The translations under genes and the position numbers were made by a program. From Crocinitomicaceae bacterium (lineage in GTDB: Bacteria; Bacteroidota; Bacteroidia; Flavobacteriales_D; Crocinitomicaceae), in the NCBI GenBank assembly GCA_014762645.1, contig JABURP010000067.1:10926-74925 (forward strand): 64,000 bases of DNA, read 5' to 3'. The notes under the pieces are model-generated. The model made no database searches. It was not told the origin of the DNA and saw only the letters and a list, made by a program, of their open reading frames with translations. Numbering within the stretch: position 1 is the first letter of the stretch; every line of letters begins with the position of its first letter. This document shows, piece by piece, positions 1 to 8,632 of the stretch.

Positions 1-1
1 C

Positions 2-868
2 TTAACCTTGCCATATGAACTGCCGCTTAAAAAGCAAGATGATCAAGGTGAATTAGATGAAGAAATAATAACAAACATCCCAAAGGATTTGAATGTATTA
101 ATCGTTGATGACGAGTCCTTTAACCGTCAACTGATTGCAAAAATTCTAAAAAATCACGGCTGCAAATTTAAGCAAGCTGAAAACGGACTTGAAGCCTCAA
201 AACTGGCAAAAAAAGAACAATTTGATGTGATTTTAATGGATACAAGAATGCCTGAAATGAACGGTGTTGAAGCCACTAAGAAGATTCGAAATGATGAAGG
301 GAAATCCCGTCATGCAGGAATTATAGCGCTCACAGCGGCTGTATCTACAGAAGATAGAGTGACGTATACCAATTCCGGTATGGACGGATTTCTGGCCAAA
401 CCATTCAAAGAGCAAGAACTGGTAACCGAAATTAACAGAGTTGTTGCCGCCGACACAACACAAAACACTACTGCAATAAATAAGAACAAAATAAACGGGA
501 AAAACATGTCTGAGAAAATTAATTTCGATCCGCTACTCAAAGCCTGCGATAATGATGTTCCTTTTTTCCTGGAACTGCTTACAACCTTTATCACATCAAC
601 TAATAAAGGAATTGAAGATATTAAGTTTGCCAATCAATCCGGTGATAAAGAACTTGTAGCAGATGTGGCACATAGAATCGCCTCTCCATGCGGACAGATC
701 GGAGCAGATCAACTTCATTCAAGCTTGAAAGACCTGGAAAAAATTTGCATGGAAAATGGTGATCAAAGCCAAATAGATGAATTAATTAAACAAATTGAAG
801 TTAAGGCAGGTGAAGCAATTGATCAAGTACAACAAGAACTTAAGAATCATAAAACTGCTTCCAATTAA
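2..868 (+). CDS. Receiver (REC) + HPt domain protein, probably the C-terminal end of a hybrid sensor kinase; frame is open to the left window edge
   Basis: REC motifs LNVLIVDDESFNRQ, DVILMDTRMPEMNG, KPF, then an HPt-like helix VAHRIASPCGQIGADQL. There is no in-frame stop between pos 2 and the listed TTG at 8. Confidence 0.75.
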   Translation, partial: LTLPYELPLKKQDDQGELDEEIITNIPKDLNVLIVDDESFNRQLIAKILKNHGCKFKQAENGLEASKLAKKEQFDVILMDTRMPEMNGVEATKKIRNDEGKSRHAGIIALTAAVSTEDRVTYTNSGMDGFLAKPFKEQELVTEINRVVAADTTQNTTAINKNKINGKNMSEKINFDPLLKACDNDVPFFLELLTTFITSTNKGIEDIKFANQSGDKELVADVAHRIASPCGQIGADQLHSSLKDLEKICMENGDQSQIDELIKQIEVKAGEAIDQVQQELKNHKTASN

Positions 869-953
869 TGTGTATTTTTAGATTAGAAAAAAGAGAAGGT
901 TACCGGCAATTTGATATACATTAACTAAAATTGTCCGCAAGAGACACAAAGTT

Positions 954-2336
954 ATGATTGACAAGAAGAATGGTTCATTTCTGATATATGTCGTTGAAGA
1001 CAACGAATGGTACAATAAATTACTTGTACATAACCTTTCTTTGCGCAAAGATTTTGAGATAAAAAGTTTCCTCAGTGCAAAGGATCTATTAAAGGAAATA
1101 CATCACCTTCCAGATATTGTTACGGTAGATTATCGTCTGCCGGATATGCTTGGTGATGAACTTTTAAAGCAAATTAAAAACTTCAATACAGATATTGAGG
1201 TGATCATGATCTCTGAGCAGGATGACATTGAAGTAGCAGTAGAACTCCTTAAAAAAGGAGCCGCCGATTACCTTGTGAAATCAAAAGATATTAAAGAACG
1301 ATTGCTTCACGCAGTTAACAAAATTGAAACCAATTCGAACCTTAAGAAAGAGCTTTCTAATCTTAAATCTGAAATTCAGGGACGCTATGAATTCCAAAAA
1401 AGCCTGATCGGAAACAGTCCTGTCATGAAAAAAGTGTTTGATACAATGAGCAAAGCATTGAATACAAACATTTCAGTTTCCATCACAGGTGCCACAGGTA
1501 CAGGTAAAGAAGTCGTTGCCAAAGCTATTCACTATAATTCGTATTGTAAAGACGGACCTTTTGTGGCATTAAACATGGCCGCAATCCCATCTGAATTGAT
1601 AGAGAGTGAACTTTTTGGACATGAAAAAGGAGCTTTCACGGGCGCCAATGCAAAGCGTATTGGAAAATTTCAACAAGCTCAGGGCGGAACACTTTTTTTG
1701 GATGAGATAGGAGAAATGGACATCAACCTGCAGGCAAAACTTTTACGCGTTTTACAAGAAAAAGAAGTTACACCAATTGGTGGAAACAAAACAATTAAAA
1801 TTAATTGTAGAATTATCGTGGCCACCAATAGAGATCTTGCCAATGAGGTTAAAAACAAAAATTTCAGAGAAGATTTATATTACCGTTTCCTTGGGCTTCC
1901 AATTCATCTCCCTCCACTCAAAGAACGAGGAAATGACGTGATTTTACTTAGTGATCATTTCATAAATCTCTTTGCTAAAGAAAACAACCTAAGTCCAAAA
2001 GAGCTTTCGAAAGAAGCTAAAAAGAAGCTGCTGAATTACACTTGGCCAGGAAACATCCGTGAACTGAAATCAGTCATTGATCTGGCTTTTGTGTTGAGCT
2101 CTTCTGACATCATTGAAGAGGGAGATATCACTTTGCAGGCCGCACCTTCACCCGTTGATCAATTCTCTGAAAATATGACGCTCAGAGAGTACAACATTCT
2201 TGTGGTCAAAAACTTTATGAAAAAGTACAACAACAATACAAAAATGGTGGCTGATAAATTAGGTATTGGTCAAACAACCGTGTATCGTATGTTGAAAGAG
2301 GATGAAGAAGCCAAAACCTCTGAAGAAGTTTCGTAA
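954..2336 (+). CDS. Sigma-54-dependent response regulator (NtrC-family enhancer-binding protein)
   Basis: N-terminal REC (VVEDNEWYNKLL, TVDYRLPDMLG). AAA+ activator core with Walker A GATGTGKE, GAFTGA loop (ESELFGHEKGAFTGA) and Walker B LFLDEIGEM. C-terminal Fis-type HTH (LGIGQTTVYRMLKE). Confidence 0.92.
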   Translation: MIDKKNGSFLIYVVEDNEWYNKLLVHNLSLRKDFEIKSFLSAKDLLKEIHHLPDIVTVDYRLPDMLGDELLKQIKNFNTDIEVIMISEQDDIEVAVELLKKGAADYLVKSKDIKERLLHAVNKIETNSNLKKELSNLKSEIQGRYEFQKSLIGNSPVMKKVFDTMSKALNTNISVSITGATGTGKEVVAKAIHYNSYCKDGPFVALNMAAIPSELIESELFGHEKGAFTGANAKRIGKFQQAQGGTLFLDEIGEMDINLQAKLLRVLQEKEVTPIGGNKTIKINCRIIVATNRDLANEVKNKNFREDLYYRFLGLPIHLPPLKERGNDVILLSDHFINLFAKENNLSPKELSKEAKKKLLNYTWPGNIRELKSVIDLAFVLSSSDIIEEGDITLQAAPSPVDQFSENMTLREYNILVVKNFMKKYNNNTKMVADKLGIGQTTVYRMLKEDEEAKTSEEVS

Positions 2337-2370
2337 TATCCCAGCAACATCTAAAAACAACTTCAATAAC

Positions 2371-2384
2371 TGAAAAGCATTTCA
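2371..2384. promoter_or_regulatory. Inverted repeat TGAAA-N4-TTTCA, possible second activator site next to the 2398 palindrome
   Basis: TGAAAAGCATTTCA read directly; centre is 27.5 bp from the 2398-2412 palindrome. Confidence 0.25.
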
Positions 2385-2397
2385 TTCCGAAATTATA

Positions 2398-2412
2398 TTT
2401 TCAATTTGAAAA
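2398..2412. promoter_or_regulatory. Candidate enhancer (UAS) palindrome TTTTCAA-T-TTGAAAA upstream of a sigma-54-type promoter
   Basis: Perfect 7+1+7 palindrome about 74 bp upstream of the GG of the 2478 promoter. The same repeat type recurs at 14858 and 16623. Confidence 0.5.
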
Positions 2413-2477
2413 AACCGTTGACTGCGGATTTTTTATAACTAATTGATTTCTTGTTTATTACAGTAATTACTACGTAT

Positions 2478-2493
2478 TGGTACTGGTTTGGCA
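2478..2493 (+). promoter_or_regulatory. Sigma-54-type -24/-12 promoter (TGGTAC-N5-TGGCA)
   Basis: The GG and GC dinucleotides have the canonical spacing of TGGCAC-N5-TTGC. It lies 58 bp upstream of the ATG at 2551. Confidence 0.5.
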
Positions 2494-2550
2494 ATACTAC
2501 TTTTGACTTAGAACCTAAGGGCTCAAAATAATAAGAACCAAACTAGTGTT

Positions 2551-3561
2551 ATGAATCTCGAAAGAACCAAAAAAGAATACCTGCTATACTCAGTAACTCT
2601 GATTCCACTCGTACTATCAGTTCTCATCTTGAGCTCGTTAGTGTATTCCACACATCAGCAATTATTAGAGCGTGAACAGAAGATTGCGCAGCAACAGAGA
2701 AATATTCAGATGTGGGAAGACCGGAATGAGTTGCAGGCCATCCAAAAAAACTTAGACCTCATCTATCAGCATGAAGATCGGTTACAAACTTTGATTTCCA
2801 AAGTTCGAAAAAGCAAATACACCAAAGCGTTCACTCTTCAATATGATGAGGAGTTATTGTCTATTGAACAACTCGTGCAAAGTGCTTATCTAAAACTTGA
2901 GTTCAGCAATAAACGAATTGGTGATAACCATATTACTTACCAAAGCATGCACAATGAACTTGAGGAAATTTCTCAAAGGTTAAACAACTACCAAAAACAT
3001 AAAAAGGAATTAGAGTTAATCCATCATCTCGTTACTATTAACCCAAATGCGGACATTAGATGGGATGATTTATCAGCCTATGCTATAAATCGGGAACTCA
3101 GTAAGAAAGAAGATGAAATGTATGATCAGGTCATCTACTTTGAAGAAAAAGCCAAGTTGCCTAAAGCCTTTAGAGACGACCTGGCCCTTCACCCCAATGA
3201 GAATAATATGGTGTATTACATGATAGATTCTTATGAAAATCTGGAGAAAAACCATGTGATTCAACAAGAAAACAATGAGTTTTTGGGGTTAACAAGAAAG
3301 TTCGAATTGAAAGATGAATTCAACAAAGAAGATTTCATCCGAATCAATAAGAACAAAGTTCAAAACATCCCCATAAATAGTGAACAAGTCGAATTAATCA
3401 CTGATCACCCTATACAATCTTATTCGTTTTTCACCAATGCTGATGAAACAGAGGTTGTTTATCTCAGCATTTCTGATACGGACAAGTTCTGGGAACAGAG
3501 CAAATACCTGGTAATTGCAACCCGAGATAAAGCAAATTTCAAACTCGCATATAACAACTAA
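2551..3561 (+). CDS. Hypothetical membrane-anchored protein with a long charged, coiled-coil-like region
   Basis: 336 aa ATG ORF with one N-terminal TM helix (LLYSVTLIPLVLSVLILSSLVY). No family recognised. First gene after the sigma-54-type promoter. Confidence 0.5.
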   Translation: MNLERTKKEYLLYSVTLIPLVLSVLILSSLVYSTHQQLLEREQKIAQQQRNIQMWEDRNELQAIQKNLDLIYQHEDRLQTLISKVRKSKYTKAFTLQYDEELLSIEQLVQSAYLKLEFSNKRIGDNHITYQSMHNELEEISQRLNNYQKHKKELELIHHLVTINPNADIRWDDLSAYAINRELSKKEDEMYDQVIYFEEKAKLPKAFRDDLALHPNENNMVYYMIDSYENLEKNHVIQQENNEFLGLTRKFELKDEFNKEDFIRINKNKVQNIPINSEQVELITDHPIQSYSFFTNADETEVVYLSISDTDKFWEQSKYLVIATRDKANFKLAYNN

Positions 3562-3593
3562 ACACACAAGTATTAACTCAAAAATCAATTGTT

Positions 3594-4130
3594 ATGAAAA
3601 CCATAAAAAGAATTTCCATAATTGCATTGTTTTTGTTGTTTGGACCTGGTGTTTACGCACAGGAAACAGGAACAACTCCAACATTAGCAGTCAATAAGAA
3701 ATCATATTCCACTGCAATCGGTTTACGTGCCGGAGGTACATCCGGATTAACGATTAAACAGTTTCTCGGACAACGAAGTGCCCTTGAAGGGATACTCGGT
3801 GTTTGGGGACACGGATTCAGTGCTACACTCCTTTACGAAAACCACGTAAATGCATTCGGTGTACCTGGTTTTAGCTGGTACTTTGGTGCTGGTGGACACG
3901 CCGCATTTCACAGCGGTCATTATGTCTATTATCATAGAGACTTTAGATATGAATATTATGAACCAGGAGCATTTGGACTAGGTGTAGATGGTATTGTCGG
4001 ATTAGAGTATAAAATTCCGCCAATCCCAATGGCCATCAGTTTGGATGTCAAACCTTTCATTGAAGTTATATCAACAGGAAGAGCCTGGATGTCCTTAGAC
4101 CCCGGCCTTGGTATAAAGGTCACTTTTTAA
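3594..4130 (+). CDS. Small outer-membrane beta-barrel (porin-family) protein
   Basis: Signal peptide (ISIIALFLLFGPGVYAQ), Gly/aromatic-rich alternating strands, C-terminal GIKVTF. Confidence 0.6.
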   Translation: MKTIKRISIIALFLLFGPGVYAQETGTTPTLAVNKKSYSTAIGLRAGGTSGLTIKQFLGQRSALEGILGVWGHGFSATLLYENHVNAFGVPGFSWYFGAGGHAAFHSGHYVYYHRDFRYEYYEPGAFGLGVDGIVGLEYKIPPIPMAISLDVKPFIEVISTGRAWMSLDPGLGIKVTF

Positions 4131-4167
4131 GAATGAAAACAACGAACACTTTAAATGAGAACAAATT

Positions 4168-4902
4168 ATGAAAAAAGTAAGTAAGTATCTGATGCTCGTA
4201 TTAATCGCCTTTATAGCGATTGCCTGTAACAAACAGGATCCGATAGATTTAAGGTTAACGCCCAATGATTATTTATCGGATAAACATTACGACAAATTGA
4301 CGGTTGAATTGCTGTATGTTGAGGGCCACGCCCCAAATGCACAAGCCGTAGACAACCTGGAGGCGTTTCTAAATGAGCGTTTAAACAAACCAAAAGGAAT
4401 CTACTTTATAGAAAGAAGTATTCCTGCTACCGGTAATCACAGTTTTTCCATCAGTGATATTGAGGATATAGAAAAAGCAGAGCGAACACAATACAGGAAT
4501 AAGCGAAACCTGGCTGCTTTTATCTTCTATACGGATGCTGAATACGCCGGTAACGAAGGGGACTCCAAAACTCTGGGGGTTCAATACGGACCTTCATCTA
4601 TGGCGCTCTTTGAGCCAACCATTGATGAGTACTCAGGCGGCCTTGGACAGGTTTCAGAAGAAAAATTACAATCAGCAGTTCTCATTCACGAGTTCTGTCA
4701 TGTTCTGGGACTTGTAAACAATGGAACAAAAATGCAGCAGGATCATGAAGATTACAACAATCCGTATCACTGTGATAATGAGGATTGCCTGATGTATTAT
4801 GCTTCTAACACCGGAGACATGCTTGGGATCCTTATACAGGGAGAAAGACCCGAACTGGATCAACAATGTATAGATGATCTACGAGCCAATGGAGGAAAAT
4901 AA
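4168..4902 (+). CDS. Zinc metalloprotease lipoprotein, archaemetzincin-like
   Basis: Lipobox (LIAFIAIAC), HEFCHVLGL zinc motif followed by C-x4-C-x-M (HCDNEDCLMYY). Confidence 0.55.
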   Translation: MKKVSKYLMLVLIAFIAIACNKQDPIDLRLTPNDYLSDKHYDKLTVELLYVEGHAPNAQAVDNLEAFLNERLNKPKGIYFIERSIPATGNHSFSISDIEDIEKAERTQYRNKRNLAAFIFYTDAEYAGNEGDSKTLGVQYGPSSMALFEPTIDEYSGGLGQVSEEKLQSAVLIHEFCHVLGLVNNGTKMQQDHEDYNNPYHCDNEDCLMYYASNTGDMLGILIQGERPELDQQCIDDLRANGGK

Positions 4903-4953
4903 AAGCGTTGTAGAACACAGCAACAAAACAAAAATCCCATAATCTACAACGTA

Positions 4954-4993
4954 AAGGATAAGTCAGCAGAACACTAGTTGACTTATCCTTTTT
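4954..4993 (+). terminator. Rho-independent terminator after the metalloprotease gene
   Basis: 12-bp perfect stem AAGGATAAGTCA / TGACTTATCCTT (4954-4965 with 4979-4990), 13-nt loop, then TTT. Confidence 0.7.
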
Positions 4994-5123
4994 AAAGCTA
5001 AAAAAGGAGCAACCCGCCTATAAGCTCAACTTGCCTAACAAAGACTGTGATCCACAGATTGTGAGCACATTAACCCAAATAAAGAATGTACCTTAAAGTG
5101 TAGACAAACCAAATAAAAACACC

Positions 5124-5618
5124 ATGGATGAGCCAATGATGAATTCCAACGAAACTTCGACACCGATCATCAAAGTGGTCGTTTTAGAAGACAATGAATT
5201 TTACAACAAACTCCTATCAAAAAAACTTCATGCCTGTATAGAGCAAATTGAAATGGAGTTGGCATGTACGGTTGATCTGATCTCTTTCACAAGTGTTGAT
5301 GATTTACTGACCAATCTGGAAACCATACAACAAATAGACGTTGCGTTTATTGATTACTACCTCGGTGATCAGCTGAGTGGTCTTGATATGATGAAAACAA
5401 TTCTGAACTATCACCCGCAGTGTAGTGTTGTGGTATTTTCAAGAAGCCAAAACAAAATGATTGAACAGGATAACTTGAACAATGGCGCGCTGGAATTTAT
5501 TCAAAAGGACCGGAAGGCCTTAAAAAAACTCGTCAACATCTTTGAAGACCTGGTGTTTAAAATCTTTATCAATAAGCAGATAAGGCCTGGAAAACAGTTT
5601 GGGTTTCACCTAAATTAA
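5124..5618 (+). CDS. Stand-alone response-regulator receiver protein
   Basis: VVVLEDNEFYNKLL, VAFIDYYLGD, VVVFSRSQ. Same REC subtype as the NtrC-like REC at 954. Confidence 0.75.
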   Translation: MDEPMMNSNETSTPIIKVVVLEDNEFYNKLLSKKLHACIEQIEMELACTVDLISFTSVDDLLTNLETIQQIDVAFIDYYLGDQLSGLDMMKTILNYHPQCSVVVFSRSQNKMIEQDNLNNGALEFIQKDRKALKKLVNIFEDLVFKIFINKQIRPGKQFGFHLN

Positions 5619-5798
5619 GTGGTATTTCACCAGCTAAATGGGTTTATTCAAACGCGAAAAATAATCGTTCACCATCCAATTTAGTTAGTTAACAGTACAG
5701 GCTATCCCGCCGACCGTCCTGCACTAGGTATTCCAAAGATAAATTCGTAAATTAAAGAAAGCATTTAATCACCTAATATTCAACTAAAAACACACGTC

Positions 5799-6392
5799 AT
5801 GAAAGCAACAATTAAAACAGTCGAGCACCTTATCAGAGCTCTGGACATGTGTTCAGGCGATTATTGTGTAATAGACATTATGAATCAGGCAGATATACCT
5901 GCGTCCGAATTTGAAAACTACTATACGTGGAACGACAATCATTACACGCGTAATAGAATAGCCAAAACTGACAAATACGAAGTATTACTCGTGTGTTGGG
6001 AAGCCGGTCAGGAATCTGCAATTCATGATTTTGATTCACATGAAGCCTGGATACACCCTATTTGTGGTCAACTACGAGAAGAAAGATATATTCAAGCAAA
6101 AAATTCCAACGAACTTATTAAAGTAAGCTCTGTTGTACTTAAGAAAAATGACTTTTCGTACATGCGAGATGTTGGTATTCACAGGTACAGTAATATTTAT
6201 GGAGCCCGAACAGTGAGCCTTGTGATCTTTTCTCCACCACTGAAAAAAATTCGTGTATATGATAAAGAATCAGGAGCTGGTACCTGGCAACAGATCTGGT
6301 ATGATAAAGAGTACGATTTACTCAAGAACCAGGACAAGCATATTAGTCTGGATCAAAATGCAAGTGGTATTGGAAACAATCCGCCAATTTAG
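5799..6392 (+). CDS. Cysteine dioxygenase type I-like cupin with non-canonical active-site residues
   Basis: YTRN...LLVCWEAGQESAIHDFDSHEAW...GQLREE...GIHRYSN...VIFSPP aligns without gaps, from memory, to mammalian CDO ([20 protein letters not shown]...GNLKE...GLHRVEN...HLYSPP). Confidence 0.6.
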   Translation: MKATIKTVEHLIRALDMCSGDYCVIDIMNQADIPASEFENYYTWNDNHYTRNRIAKTDKYEVLLVCWEAGQESAIHDFDSHEAWIHPICGQLREERYIQAKNSNELIKVSSVVLKKNDFSYMRDVGIHRYSNIYGARTVSLVIFSPPLKKIRVYDKESGAGTWQQIWYDKEYDLLKNQDKHISLDQNASGIGNNPPI

Positions 6393-6552
6393 CGGGTGTT
6401 TACCAATGGGTATCAATGTGGAGGATAAACATCCTTCTTAAGAAAATTAAGCAATATGATATATGCCACTCAAAATCATAAACATAAATGTCTATAATGT
6501 TATTATCCGATTATATTGGTGGTATACAATTTATTTGCTAACTTTTTACGAT

Positions 6553-7254
6553 ATGCTCCTGAATACATTAATATTGGATGATGACAAGGTATTTTCAGAC
6601 ATAATGGAACATTACGTCTCCAAAGTCAAATTTTTGCATCATCTCGGAACTTACAAAACTACTTCGGATCTTATCAATTCAGGCAAACTGGATGAAACAG
6701 ACCTTCTTTTCCTTGATATCGAACTCCCCATGATGAACGGGCTTGAATTTTTAGAAATGATGGGGGATAAGGCACCGGCCGTTATCATTATATCTTCTAA
6801 AAAAGAATACGGTGTAGAAGCCTTTGAATATGACGTGTTGGACTATCTACACAAGCCCGTTTCATTTTCTCGTTTTATGAAATCAGCAAACCGGGCATCT
6901 ACAATTCTCAAGAAAGAATTGCTTTCCAAACCCCACAATGACCACTTTTTTATTCGAACAGATGGTCTTTGGATAAGAATGCCTTTTGAAGATGTTTCCC
7001 TCGTAAAGGGAGATAATAACCAGGTGATTATTAAAACAAAAAATGAACGCATAAATAGCCCTATGCGGTTGAAGGACATAATGGAGAAGCTGCCCAAAAC
7101 CAAATTTATGCAAGTCCACAGGTCCTACATTATTCACCTCGATAAGATCACTAAAGTGGACGGCGAAGTAATTGTTGTTGACAACAAAACAGTGCCCGTC
7201 AGCAAAACTTATATAAAAGAACTTTATGAACGATTAAATATAGAACGAAAATGA
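6553..7254 (+). CDS. LytTR-family response regulator (REC + LytTR DNA-binding domain)
   Basis: REC begins at MLLNTLILDDD (ATG 6553), then LFLDIELPMMNG. LytTR-type C-terminus (FMQVHRSYIIHLDKI). The upstream 30 codons of ORF 6463 are AT-rich and unlikely to be coding. Confidence 0.85.
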   Translation: MLLNTLILDDDKVFSDIMEHYVSKVKFLHHLGTYKTTSDLINSGKLDETDLLFLDIELPMMNGLEFLEMMGDKAPAVIIISSKKEYGVEAFEYDVLDYLHKPVSFSRFMKSANRASTILKKELLSKPHNDHFFIRTDGLWIRMPFEDVSLVKGDNNQVIIKTKNERINSPMRLKDIMEKLPKTKFMQVHRSYIIHLDKITKVDGEVIVVDNKTVPVSKTYIKELYERLNIERK

Positions 7255-7622
7255 AACACTTAAGATTTACAATAAAGCGCGTTCGGATAGACAGCAGTTA
7301 GGGTCACAATTGAATAACCATTTCTATGCACTAATTACCCTGCTACCAAGTGTAAACCAAACGACAACAAGCTGTTATGTCAAACGAAACATCAGTGATA
7401 ATGAGACCAACAACTATAAGAACAGACATACAGAAAACTGAAAAATGCGTAATTGTGCTGCTACCTTTCCTAAATAGGAGTGCTCCAAGTTGCATGAAGA
7501 ATACTCGTCACCTCGTGACACCTGAACGGCTGTTCTTAGTCACCTAATGCTGTTCTCATTAATGCCTAAATAAAGGTGATGTCTTAACGGACAACACCAA
7601 ATATTAATGAAAAAGTGTCCCT

Positions 7623-8021
7623 ATGAGTAAAATTAATACCCTTTACCTGGTTGATGACGATAAGAATTATCAGTTTTTTGCTGAACACGTGATAAACTCA
7701 TCCGGAGCAGTAGACAAGTTAAAAGTATTTGGAAATGGCAGAGAAGCTGTGCAGTATATCCAGTCTGTGGTGAACATGAATGAAGAGCTTCCGGATGTTA
7801 TTTTTCTTGATCTGGATATGCCCATCATGGATGGCTGGGAGTTTCTGCAAGAATTCCGATATCTACGCCCTATTTTAGAGAAGAAGATTACCCTGTTTGT
7901 GGTAACATCCTCTGTTAATCCTAAAGACATAATCAAAGCCAAAAGCATGCCTGAGGTTAAGGACTTTATTATTAAACCGGTAACGAAAGAGAAATTTGAT
8001 CAATTAATTAAAAATATTTAA
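7623..8021 (+). CDS. CheY-like stand-alone receiver protein
   Basis: LYLVDDDKNYQ, VIFLDLDMPIMDG, FVVTSS, IKP. Confidence 0.85.
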   Translation: MSKINTLYLVDDDKNYQFFAEHVINSSGAVDKLKVFGNGREAVQYIQSVVNMNEELPDVIFLDLDMPIMDGWEFLQEFRYLRPILEKKITLFVVTSSVNPKDIIKAKSMPEVKDFIIKPVTKEKFDQLIKNI

Positions 8022-8047
8022 TAACGAATCTTGAGTATTGTGGGGAT

Positions 8048-8632
8048 ATGGCAAAAGAAAAAAAGAGTAAAAAAGAACATAAAACCAGTAACACGAAACC
8101 ACCAACAATTAAAGGAATGTTCGTAAACAGTCACATAAATGCACTAAAAAAGGCGAAAGGAGAAAAAAGTCTGACGCTACTGGAAGAAAAATGTGGTTTT
8201 CATCCGCAATTCGGTGCCCTGGAAGATGTTCCTGTTCGTTTGGAAATAGAAATAATAGAACATGTATTAGACATTCTTACGAATGACTCTCTACCCAAAA
8301 ACCAACGCGCTTTTGAAGCCGGCAGATTGCACTTCAACAATTTTCAAAACACAGTATATGGAAGATTAATACTCAACTTTCTGTCAAAAGATTTTAAATC
8401 GGCAATGTTAAACTCACCCAACATTGCCATTTATGTTTTTAAACATATTGAGTTTTCTGTTTTTGATCGGGGAGAAAAATCTGTAATGCTACGAATGGAA
8501 AACAACGATTATAACATTGATCATTTTAGGGGATTTTTCTTTGAGTGGCTTAAAGATTGGGGCTATGATGCCGAAGTAGAAGGTATTGATTACGGTAATG
8601 GCACCTATGAGTATGTAATGAAATGGAAATAG
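8048..8632 (+). CDS. Small H-NOX-like / DUF2378-like sensor-domain protein (family tentative)
   Basis: IKGMFVNSHINALKK..G....LEDV......AGR..FNNF....GRLILNFL follows the N-terminal pattern of bacterial H-NOX (MKGxIV..WI..L....G, LEDI, VGR, GRRLVNFL). The stop overlaps the kinase start by 10 nt. Confidence 0.4.
   Translation: MAKEKKSKKEHKTSNTKPPTIKGMFVNSHINALKKAKGEKSLTLLEEKCGFHPQFGALEDVPVRLEIEIIEHVLDILTNDSLPKNQRAFEAGRLHFNNFQNTVYGRLILNFLSKDFKSAMLNSPNIAIYVFKHIEFSVFDRGEKSVMLRMENNDYNIDHFRGFFFEWLKDWGYDAEVEGIDYGNGTYEYVMKWK

Noticed and set aside
233-633. Many 60-130 aa ORFs in the supplied track lie antisense to, or nested within, strongly supported genes. Examples are 233-463, 310-633, 9105-9449, 11883-12227, 12234-12590, 52189-52584 and 58249-58605.
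   Set aside because: Each is fully embedded in a long ORF with clear family motifs on the other strand or frame. They have no recognisable domains and low-complexity composition typical of antisense frames in AT-rich DNA.
911-924. Half-site-only resemblances to the FNR-type box: TTGATATACATTAA at 911, ATGATAAGAATACC near 48045 and ATGATATCAAAAAA near 27967.
   Set aside because: Only one half-site matches, and there is no consistent spacing to a -7 element.
6463-6552. A 30-codon N-terminal extension of the LytTR regulator ORF.
   Set aside because: The extension is Ile/Asn/Tyr-rich, like AT-rich non-coding DNA. The REC domain begins immediately at the internal ATG (6553).
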